NCBI RefSeq assembly: GCF_036321535.1
Contig: NC_087437.1
Coordinates: 71,798,001 to 71,862,000, forward strand
Source of the DNA: Camelus dromedarius
Lineage: Eukaryota
Length of the DNA stretch: 64,000 nt
Direction of reading: 5' to 3'
Part shown: one piece after another, positions 49,981 through 60,695 of the stretch
Numbering within the stretch: position 1 is the stretch's first letter
Layout of the letters: each line of letters opens with the position of its first letter
Notes under the pieces: model-generated
Database searches by the model: none
What the model was told of the DNA's origin: nothing
What the model saw: the letters and a program-made list of their open reading frames with translations, nothing else
Translations under genes and position numbers: made by a program

Positions 49981-52554
49981 AGTAGCTTTTTCATGTTTTT
50001 TCTATCAGTGCTCTGCACCCAGTGGGTGCTTAATGAATGGAGTTGGAATAAGAGTGAGGCAAAACAATGAGGAATTTTAACAGTGATTTCTGAATCGCTG
50101 TTCATTAAGGAAAAGTTCGTGAACATATTTACAAACCACGCAAGCTTTTGGTGTCCTCTCAGTCATTCAGATACTAGTTCTAGTTCTCTGCTTTTTCCCA
50201 GTGAAATGAAGTATTTATCTAGAACACTGCATGAATTACCAGTTATAGGATTTTAGGGAAATTGCTTGCTCCCGACACGCACCAGTTTCCCCAACTCCTT
50301 AAAGAGAACTCCGACACCTGTTCCTCCCTCCCCAAGGAAGGGAGAAGGAAGGAAAGTAAGGATGGAGGCGGCTCGGCGGGGAGACAATGAATATAAAGTA
50401 ATAAAGGGCAGAAAGAAGACATGCAGACAAAGAGGGACAGGAGGGCTGTTTCTCATCCTGGCACAGGGTGGCTACAGAGGTGTTTGGTGGTTGTAAAGTC
50501 GACAAAGGTTTTACTGAGGAAATTCAGCCCAGACCGCCTCCTGCTTAACGAGGGCCAGCCAAACAATTCCTGTTACTTCTGCACCCTGGGTAATTTACAA
50601 GGTTCAAAATGGAAACAGACCCCACTGCTGCTGCCAGCCACCATCCGGCTTTGAAATGCAGCAGGGAGAAAAGAATGTAGCTGGAGAGGGAGAGGGAGGG
50701 AGAGGAAGCAGGTGTCCAAAGGGGGAGAAAGGAGTTAACTCGTTGATCCCCACGACAGAGTTGTGAGCAGGTAGCACTCAATGAGCCCAGAGCACGACAC
50801 GTGGGGTCTCCCTCACGTAAAAGCAGAATTGCACCAAAAATGTGGAGGGAGGAATCATAGATGTAGCTGTGATGCATCTTATTTAGCAGCTGGGGAAACT
50901 GAGTTACTTCTGGACCAAGTTACCTAGTGAGCTTGGTCTAGAAAGATAGGTCCAAAAATACAGGTTTCGGAGAACATTTTTTTTTTAATGATTAAAAAAA
51001 GGGCAAATGAGGCTTAGCTGGAGTACCTAATTGCAGTGTCACTTTGTCCCACTGTGAAATAAACAAGGAACAATTTCAAAGTTGGGTGAAGGCAACAGTA
51101 AGGCCTGTTATTTTTCTTGGCAATGCAAAGTATGTCTAGATCCGGCTTATTTTCTCTGCATTTTCTCAGAAAAAGAGATCAAGGGGGAAAAAAATCAAGA
51201 GCAGAGAGAAGGGAAAATGAATTCTTGACATGAATTCCTCCTTGAGGCCTAGGTACTTGCTATTTTTTAAGGGTTATTTGGACTCAAAAATAAAAGAAAA
51301 TGCGCCTGAGTTTTACTGGCGACATACGTGTTCCCACTGAAATAATCTCCAGGCAGACGGTTTTGAAACTTTCCAAAAACAACAACAGCAGAATACACGT
51401 CTAAGGTTGAGACCAAGCATGAGAAATTATAGCCTTGGAGTATTTATTTTGCGAGAAAATTACAAACAACGGAGAGTCGATCATCAGCAGGAGGAGACCA
51501 GCTCCACCTTCTCCCAGGAGGGCTGGCTGGCCGGCTGGAGTGAAACCAGGGCACTCGAGGCCACGTCGCATGCTCTGATCACCCAGGCCCCTGCAGCTCT
51601 CTCAGAAAGAGAAGCCTGCATGGTCTAAGATGCGAAACACACCCTGTGGATGTCCTATGACCAATAACCAAGATGAGCTACACAGCAGCCCATGTGATTT
51701 AGCAGAAAGCACAGAGTTTATCTTAAAAAACATTCTTCCAGTGGCAAGAATGAGATCTGACAAAGCTTTTTTTTTTCCCATCGGTTGAGAGGGGGCTACC
51801 TACATGAAAAAAAGAAGTATTTCTGACCCCAAGTTACATTTTTTTGTATGTTTCCAATTCTATGGAGTAAGATTCCCAACTGTCTTTAAAGGCAGAGAGA
51901 AGTTCTGCCCCTAGAAGGTGATGCCAAGTGGCTGACAGGTGTGGGCTGGCAGCCCTCTGGCCTCAAGAAAGAGGGTGGTGCTCCTGGACCAAGGAGTGAC
52001 ACTGGCGGAATACTTGGGGAAACAAGTGAATTTAATTCTCAGACGGCTGAATATGTGAGTTTATGTAAACCTAGAAGAAGGATTTAAGAAAGGGCATTTT
52101 TTTACTTAAAAAGTTTTTACCCACAGATGTAATTAAAGGGAAACATTTTAAATTAGGAGGGATCTCAGAAAAAAAAAATAATCGCTTAGAATAACACCTA
52201 ACAGGTATCTGGTATTACAAGTGAGGAAAGCAAGGTGCAGAGAGGCTAAGTGATTTGCAGAAGGTCGCCCAATTAAGACAGATCTAGGGCTACAGGTCAG
52301 GACTCCTGACTCCTAGTCCAGCGCTCTGTCCACTACCTTGACTCTGCCTCCCAGAAAATTGTTTCTGGGTCATATTAACCAACTGCTTAGAGCTGCTTTT
52401 AGAACTAAATTTAGAAGGTTTTTTGAATTTACTTTCTCATGCCTAAAAATATCACCTGGATCATTATCTGTAACAGTAACTTTCTGTGTGGTCATTTTTA
52501 TTCTTTACCATTTAGATCCTAATCTGGAAGAATCCTACTGTTCTTCACACAAAC

Positions 52555-52978
52555 CTCTTCAATAGAATTTTCTGCGACGATGAAAATGTTCTGTATTTGC
52601 ACTGTCCCAAATGTTAAGATAGCCACTAACTACTTGTGGCAGTTAAATACTTGAAGTGTAGCTAATATGACTAAGGAATTGAATTTTTTAACATTTTTTA
52701 TTGATTTATAATCATTTTACAATGTTGTGTCAAATTCCAGTGTAGAGCACAATTTTTCAGTTAGACATGAACATATATATATTCATTGTCACATTTTTTC
52801 CTCTGTAAGCTACCACAAGATCTTACATATATTTCCCTGTGCTATACAGTATAATTTTGTTTATCTTTTCTACATTTGGGCGGGAAGGGATAGACTGGGA
52901 TTTCAAAATGTAGGAATTGAATTTTTAATTTTAAGTTAGCCAATAGGGCTAGTGGTTACCAAATTAGGGAATGCGGTT
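52555..52978. mobile_element. MER3-like hAT MITE interrupted by an L1 insertion
   Basis: caatagaattttctgcgacgatgaaaatgttctgtat...tagccacta; resumes gctagtggttacc after the L1. Confidence 0.75.
52689..52911 (-). mobile_element. Young L1 3' end with 5' inversion
   Basis: 15-bp TSD aggaattgaattttt at 52674-52688 and 52912-52926; body antisense, 52878-52911 apparently in opposite orientation. Confidence 0.85.
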
Positions 52979-53309
52979 CAAGACTATTAACTGGAACATC
53001 CACCCAGACAGCTCTGATGTCACACAGGGGAGAATGACAATGGTTTGATGGTCTTAAGTATGAGCCATGCTCCAGCCAGCCTCTAAATATATCTCTAACT
53101 TATTCCTTATCCAAAGTTTGTGTATGTGTTTTCTATTAAAAAACTGTGTGTACTGTGATATTATTATATTGGGAAGGAAAAACATCACTGTGATCTACCA
53201 TACACCAGACAGCATGCAAGGCACTGTATCAGAGGATGGATTCTGTCCTGAGAAGCTTAAAACAAAGCTTAGAATAAGTCAGCCAGTGCTCGGCAAATAC
53301 CCATAAGCT

Positions 53310-53600
53310 CTTTATTTCCTAACCTCCTCCACAGGTGGCTTAGGACCATGTGACCAGTGCTGGCCAATGGCCTGTAAGTGAACATGTTCTGTGTCACTTC
53401 CGGGCTAAGGCAGTTAAGAGCTAGAGAACTAGGGGGGCGGTGTGTCCCTCCTCCCAGCCCCGGTGAGCACGTCATGTTCCAGGAGGCACAGCTGCAGGAT
53501 GGAAGGCAGACAATCTACGACAGGAGAAGCACTCAGTCCTTGTTGCATAAAACCACTGAAGTTTTGGGATTACGCTCATGTAACAACTCTAACATTCTTT
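53310..53600. mobile_element. MaLR LTR remnant
   Basis: ccatgtgaccagtgctggccaatgg...tgtcacttccggg...ccactgaagttttggga. Confidence 0.6.
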
Positions 53601-53854
53601 ACCCTAAAACTTCACCTGATCACCAGCTTCATTACAAACGGGAAGTGGCAAACGAGAGCAGAGGGAGGAGAGCATTTTTAATTTCAGGTCTTCAGGAACG
53701 GTTTTCTGGATATGTGGGTTTGAAAATGGGTCTTCTGGAATATGCACACGGAAAGAGACAGGCCCTGCAGGGAGGTGACCCCAACTTGGTGGGAAGGGTC
53801 TGTTTGCAGGGGGTGCATCAAGCAATCTGGCTGTCACAGGATGCCTATCTCGAA

Positions 53855-54675
53855 CAGTGGTCTCCTAACCTTTCTGATTTTGCTCCCATAGGAGAAACAT
53901 ATTCTGGGCAAATATCGCTAATGCATGCATATTTATTCATAAATTTAGTGCATGTGCTGCCAGACTAAAATTTATGAGTAGGCAGAGATGAAATCATATT
54001 TTAATGACTTGTTAATCACAACTGTCTTATAATAGCATTAAGCAAATACCTGAAGGCAGCAAGCCTACTTAGGGTTAGATTCATCACTAATGATATGGAT
54101 GTAATCTCTTTGAAAAGGTCTGCTTGAATGCTAATTATGTTGTTGACTTCTCATCAGACCCCATTATTATGGGATATATTTGTTTCTACTTCCTAATGTG
54201 ACTGGAAAAGGGGTCAGCTCTGCTGTTTCCATCCTGTCTGCAAGTGCTTAGATTATCAGCACATCAACCCAGTTTCTTTGTAGCAATCTCTTTAAGCCAC
54301 TTGTCCTTTTGGGAGTTAATTTAGTTAAAACTAAATAATATAATCTGTAAATCCACTTAACAGAGAACAGGAACACTGGGGAGTGAATGAACAAGTGAGT
54401 GAGGTTGCCCCTACCCCAGCCCCCTCTAGCCCACCCCCACCCTGCCAAGCCCTCCAAGCAGTGCAGGTCCTTCGTGCTGTGGCGACACGCACACTGCCTG
54501 ACACAGGACTAAAGGAACGATAGCAATCCTAATGTTAAATATTAGGAAGCTGAATTTCTTTCCTATTCATTTTGTGGACAGAAATCAACTTTAAGAGACC
54601 CTCTTATCTCCCAGCGCCCCAGTGGAATATGTTCTATTTCCCCTTCGGGGCTTGCACCCCGCTTTGGAGACTATT
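53855..54675. mobile_element. hAT-Charlie element remnant (MER113/Charlie-like)
   Basis: Inverted termini cagtggtctcc and tttggagacta. Confidence 0.45.
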
Positions 54676-56019
54676 CCAGAAGAATGAAAAAGAGGCAAGG
54701 GAAAAACTGAGATTGAGTCATGTTGTGAAAGACTAGGAAAAAGAGCCTGAAGTTAACACCATAGACAGAGGGGGAATGCTGATGGTTTTGAGAAGGAAAT
54801 ATATAACCAAAGAGGCATTTGGGGGAGATTAGCAAAACCTGGGCTCCTAACCCACTCTGAACTCCAAAGTTATAACAAGCTGCTAATTCTACTCAGGTAG
54901 GTGGACCCTTTACGATCCAGCCAAGGAGCAAGGAAGAGTCTGGTCACAGCATCTTAGCTCTGGGGAGGAATCCCCCACCAGAGAGAAGCCACCTCTGCCT
55001 TCTGAGTAAAGAGGAGGTTTGGTCTCTTGATTTGCCCACTGGACACATCTAATCCTCTCTCACCTTCACCACTTCAGGAAAAAGTTACTTGGGAGTCTCA
55101 TTTCTCTGTCACACATACTTCTCCCTCAAAATGGCCTAATTTCTTTAAAGAGATTAAAAAAAAAATCTACCCTTAAAGAAAGGGAAAGAGGGGGAAAAAA
55201 CCCACAAACCTTACTGCTAAACTGAAAAAAGAGAAAAGGAAAACCACTTCCTTTCTTCTGCACTCGCCTCTCAACTCCCCCACCCCTATTCCATATAAAT
55301 TCAATTTGACAACCCTACTAATTGGATAAACGCAGCTCCTACACTCCTGGAAGGCCATTCCCTTTTCTTTTTTGTTGTTTTTGGAGGGCTCAAAACAGGG
55401 TGATTGTGCTGTTCTTTAACACGAATTCCATCTGCTTTATTTCTCTCTCTCCATTCACCACTCCTCCTGAATATTTATGAGGCCTTCCCTCAGGCCTACC
55501 CCCTCCACCCCACCCCTACCTCCTTCCTCCCTCAACCCACCCCACCCCCCAGCCTCCTCTCCCTTCTCTCAGAGCAGGACAAAAACCTTCCAAATGGCCC
55601 CCCCTCCTTGCTTTAGATAAACACAGGCAGTGTCAAGTGTGAGGGGTAGGGGGAGGTGGGGAGGGGGTTCAACTGCCAGTCAAGCCCCCGGCCTTCAATG
55701 AGGCCCAGGGGCCTCCCCTAATCTGCTGCATGCTTGCCATATGGGAGCTGTGTTGCCCGGGGAAACACTAACAGGCAGAACGGAGCTTAATAGAGTCCAT
55801 ATTCATTGTAATGCAGTGAGATGGCTCAAGGCACCACTGCCCCTTCGGTCCAGTTTCATTCTTCTGTTTCCTTCTTTCTTTCTGTTTTTCCTCCCTTTTT
55901 CTTTGTTTCTTCCTTTTAAAAGGACTGGGTCCCCAGAGACTCTAATCTGGAGAGGTCTGGGCTGGCAGAAAGGCCGGACTGTGGAGTTAAGAGGGAGGAA
56001 GGTGAGGTGATGTTGAGGT

Positions 56020-56170
56020 GGCGGCGGGAGCTGGCAGGGAGAGGCGAGGAGCGGGAGCGCCGAGAGCCGGGCGGGGAGGGCGGGGAGCGCCGAGAGCAGG
56101 GCAGGAGGGCGGGGCTGGGGCACGTGGTACTGCAGGTGTGCGGTGTGCGCGCGGCCTTGAGGCTGAGCAC
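56020..56170. promoter_or_regulatory. Small CpG-rich GC-box cluster in BOC upstream intron
   Basis: Multiple GGGCGG, dense CpG, 30-bp tandem duplication. Confidence 0.5.
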
Positions 56171-58134
56171 TTGTGGAGAGAGTGTGGCGGGTGTGGATGG
56201 TCCCTCCGGGCCTTGGAGCACAGAAGCCTGTATATTTATTCAGCTTTCTGTGTCTAGGTATCCCAAATCCCCCTCCCATCCCAGTCAATTTAAGGTCATT
56301 AAAGCCAGGAACACCTGTTTCCCCGAGATGTCAAGCCTGTGGCCAATTCCCACCTCTCCACAGTTGCCTTGAAAAAGTCGCAAGTTTTGCAATGGGATGA
56401 AACTGCTTTCAAAATAAATCTCTGTAGGGGCAGAAGACCCACCAGCCTGCCAAGTTGGGGCCCACTTTCTCCTCTGGCTGGTCTGGCACTAAGGAAGAGG
56501 TGACAGTTGTGGTCCGCCACAGCCAAACCAAGGGCATATGGAGCCTCTCTGCATGGATGGAGTGGGCTGTCTAGCAGTTGAAGCTGTGTCGTAAGTGTAT
56601 CTGCTAGGAGTGAGCCTCGGGGCTCCCTGAGGTCAAAGGTGCACTTTCCCCAGGGCCAAAAAGGGAAGGAGGGGAGAGATGTGGGGAGAGAACAGAGTAC
56701 ATTTCTCCCAACTTCTCAGAAAAAATAAAACTGGTAACCGAACTATGACAGCATTCCTCAAAAAATAATCTGTTTTGTAGGTTGTGAAACAAAGTTACTG
56801 GTTCTGTGACTGTAAAAAAAAAAATTCCAAATTTAAAATCAAGATAGAAAATGAAAGCAAAGCTATAAAAACTTCCACATACTCTCCTACAGCTGAAACT
56901 TGAATCCCATGGCCTGGCACTCTGGACGAGCTCAGTAAATGGTTGCTGAAGGAGTGAACCGTGTACACGCTGCTGTGGTTGTTCCATTGCTCACCAAGAA
57001 CTGGAAACTCTTTACCCAACTGACAACTGCAGTCAGGGCTTGGGTGGGTGACAATGGCTTGAACAGAAGAAGCAAAATGCTGCTGCACTTTTGCTAGGAG
57101 TGGTCCTGCCACAGTGATGCCTGCATCTATCACACCGGCCTTTCACTGCCTGCCTCACCCAGCGCCAGGCAGGCAGGCTGTCAGAGAAAACTGCTCAAAC
57201 CCATATTCCGGAGCTCACTGTGGTTTGTTTTTTGTCCCCCAAGCTTACCCTATTCTACTTTCCTTGCTCTTATCCCACTGAAATGCATCATGAATCTGCA
57301 GTTTCCCAAGGGGTTGGGCAAGACTGCAGGAGAGTATGTGAAAGTTCTTATTTTATTTTGCTTTTATCCTGATTTTAAGGCCCTATGTCCAACAACCCTT
57401 CAGGAAATGGGGCAATGATATCTTGAGAGCCAGGTCCAATTTCAACTCCTAGTTCTAAAACCTAAATAGCATTTGGTTACCTGAAATTCTACCCAGAGGC
57501 CAATCTCAGCATCAAATCCATTTTTAACTATTAGGGGCCCATAAAGGCAGTACCCCCTTCCCTGAAGACCCCAAACCAGAGTAGGTGCAGACACACAACT
57601 GCACAGGGCCTTCTAGGACTCAGTGCACTCACCCTCCCTGCAGAAGCAGCCTGCCTTCCCCTCCAACTTCTGTGTTTGTACGGCACCCTATTCCTGGTCA
57701 TTCTGATCCCACATACTGTATGTGTTACAGAGTAGCCTGTGGGGACACCTGAAGCCCCACGACAAGCCAGTCCTGAAGCACCCTGGGAGCTCAGCAGGGC
57801 TGCCAAGCTCTCCCAGCCCTCCCCGCAGAGAGCGCTTTGGTCAGTAATCTTAGCACCGACGTGTGTGATGTGGTGAGAGCCAGAATGGCCAGCTCTTAAG
57901 GAAAGCAGGGGCGGCTTCTCTGGTCCAGACCAAATGCTTGCTTTTCATTTCACTGCTCAGAGGACACCCACTAATGACCTGCTTCTACAAACAAACTCAA
58001 ACTCATCTGCTCTTCCCCTATCTTCCCTACACACCACCTGCTCCGCTGCCCAACCCGGGACTCACCTTTGTCTCCTGGCTCTCCCCGATTCTCCACCCCA
58101 GGATCTGATCAGTCGTGTGGATTCTAACTATGGC

Positions 58135-58558
58135 AAGAGCAACCAGAGAAATACAATGCGAGTGGCATACAGCATTCAAACTTTTCTAGGAGCCACATTG
58201 AAAAATCAAGTGGAAATAATTTTAATAGTATCTTTTCTTTCTTTCTTTTTTTTCTTTTTCAGTGCAGGTACTGAGGATTGAACCCAAGACCTCGAGCACG
58301 CTAAGCATGTGCTCTACCACTGAGCTATACCCCACCTCTCCAAGAGTATCTTTTTTTTTAACACAATATATCCAAAATACTACTACTTCAACATATAGTC
58401 AATATAAAAGTTATTAATGAGATGTTTTATATTTTGTTTTAAGTCTTTCAAATCTGGTGTGTATTTTCTATTTACTTACACATCCCAGTGCAAACTAGCC
58501 ATATTTCAGGTGCCCTATTGCCATGTGTGTCAGTGGCTACTGTACTGGACAGTACACG
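58135..58558. mobile_element. MER33-like hAT MITE interrupted by a SINE
   Basis: gaaatacaatgcgag...caatatatccaaaata...ctagccatatttcaggtgc...gtggctactgtactggacag. Confidence 0.8.
58237..58344 (-). mobile_element. Young tRNA-derived SINE (vic-1-like)
   Basis: TSD agtatctttt at 58227-58236 and 58345-58354; ggattgaaccc...ctctaccactgagctatacc. Confidence 0.88.
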
Positions 58559-58679
58559 TCTAGGGCCCTCACACTGGCTCCCTGATTTTCCTCTCCCCAA
58601 CTAATAAGCCCTCACATTGTCACCTACTTTCTTTCTAGAATTTCAAGCTCAAGCCAACAGTAAAAATGACAAATGAGCT

Positions 58680-58910
58680 GCCACCATTCACGGAGCAATG
58701 CCTCCTATAGGCCATCACCCATAATTTGCTTACTTTGATACAATTCTCACAATGGCCCTGTACCATCAACTCGTTTTATAAATGAGGAAACTAAAGCTCA
58801 GAGTGATTAAATATTTTGTCCAAGATCACACAGTCACACAGATGGTAAATCACAGAGTCAGGATTTGAACGAGTCTGCCTGACTCTAAAACCCCTGCCTC
58901 TTGGCACTCT
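58680..58910 (-). mobile_element. MIR SINE
   Basis: atgaggaaactaaagctcagag...ccaagatcacacag...ggatttgaac...gtctgcctgactc. Confidence 0.75.
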
Positions 58911-59299
58911 AGCCTACTGCTTGAAGTAAATCATGACCTAATAATCGATGGACTATTACGCAGCCATTTAGCACAATAATTAGAAAGATCAAGTAGCAAC
59001 ATGAAAAATGTTAAAAAGATATTAAGGAAAAGCACAGATCTTATTTTGTAAAAAGCATGTGAGCAGTTGGGTGTGACCTGGAAGGGAATATGAAATCAAA
59101 GCAGCTGATTTGAAAACGTGAAGGAATTATGAGTGATTTTTTCCCCCCTTTTGGGGTCAGTTAAAAACAAACAGACAAAGGAGCTAATAGACTCACCTCT
59201 GATAGCTCCCCAAATGACTATGATTAAATGAAGTTCAAACTCCTTCACATAACCTCCCAGGTTCCTAACTGGGCTGCAGCCAGCCTTTCCTTTGTCTTC

Positions 59300-59630
59300 C
59301 TCCACAAGCCCTAAACCCTGGGCAAGCTACTTTCTCACTCTTTTCCTTCTACCAGAACCATCTTCTCCTTCTCCCTTCATTATCCTTCAAAACTTAGCTC
59401 AAACGTCACCATATGATGCCGCCAGTGACTAGTCCTCATCCCAGTTTCCAAAGGGTTTTGCTTACCTATTGCAGCATTTCCATAATGACTTACAGATTTG
59501 TCTGTCTGTAATGTGCCTCTTTTCCCAGACTATAGACTTCCTGAAGGCAAGGATGTGTCCAATTTCTCTCGGTAACCCTAGCACCTGGAAAAGTGTTGGC
59601 ACACCACTTGGTCAATGTTTGCTGAGCGGA
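59300..59630. mobile_element. L2 3' end remnant
   Basis: agactatagacttcctgaaggcaaggatgtgtc...cctagcacct. Confidence 0.65.
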
Positions 59631-60424
59631 AGGGTTTATTCAGATGAGAAATTTGGGACTGAGAAGGAATGCTAATCCAAACCACAGACCTTCAGGAGGA
59701 ATGCCTAGAGACACGCTTACTCGGAATCCAGGGGTTTTTCTAGGGGGAAGGACTGTAACCCTGGCCTTTATTTTTCAAACCCAAATGGCCCTTAGACGAG
59801 TAGGTGGCCTGAGGGGAGGACCAAGCGGCCTGAGGGAAGTCACTGTCCCTGCAGCTGCTCCTATTACTTGGGGTTTCATTCAAGAACCTTCTTTGCTTTC
59901 CTTCTCTTCTCCCCAGACCAATACCCGACTAAGTCTGTGCCTCTGGGCTTCCTGCAGCCACTGAACTGCCTGGAACCACCGTATTGAGGACGATATGGTG
60001 ACTGGGTGTCATCTCACCAGCACCCCGTGACCCTGAGTTTGAGGCCAGGGTGGAAGGAAGCAGGCAGAGGGGGATGGGAGAAGGAGAAAGAAGAACTCTG
60101 TGGAGTGAGAAAGAGCACAGGTTCAGGCCTGAAGCGAGAGCATGGGAGGGATGCGGGCAAAGATGCAGGAAAGGCCATCAAACACGCTGAGCTCCTACTC
60201 TGTGCTGAGCCCAGTGCTGGGGGCACATATAACACTGTCACTTTTCATCCTGACAGCTCAGGGAGTGTCCCTGTCCCCTTTACAGATGGGGAGGGAGATT
60301 ATTAACACCCTTCTTGCTCCTTTACCACACAAAGATTTTAGGGCTCAACTCAAATTTTTCTTACAGACATAGCTTCTCTACCAAGGGACAACACTGAAAC
60401 TGTAGGGTCAGGTGCGGGAAAACC

Positions 60425-60610
60425 ATGAGCCCTGGGTCTGGATATGAGCTCTGCCACTCTGTCCCCTCGGCAGAAGGTGACTTTGGGTGAATTACATAAT
60501 CCCTGACCTTCGGTTTACCCTCTGTGAAAATGAGAATGATAATACCCCCTTGCTGAGCTGCTAATACGAGTTAAGGAGATTATGTGTGAAAGCAGCCTGC
60601 ACATAGCAAC
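60425..60610 (+). mobile_element. MIR SINE
   Basis: gctctgccact...tgactttgggt...ctgtgaaaatgagaatgataatacc. Confidence 0.65.
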
Positions 60611-60682
60611 CAGGACGACAGGTGTCACAGAACTTCTCTACTGAAAGCCATTCACTGGAGGTCTAATTTCAGACTGTGGCAT

Positions 60683-60695
60683 TGCCACCTGGTGG
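60683..60695 (-). promoter_or_regulatory. CTCF consensus site
   Basis: Minus strand CCACCAGGTGGCA. Confidence 0.55.

Noticed and set aside
53378..53968. 196-aa plus-strand ORF
   Set aside because: Runs across LTR and hAT remnants, non-ATG start, no recognisable domain
665..58344. All five full young SINEs are on the minus strand
   Set aside because: Sample too small (1 in 16 by chance), and a plus-strand fragment exists near 62343-62378
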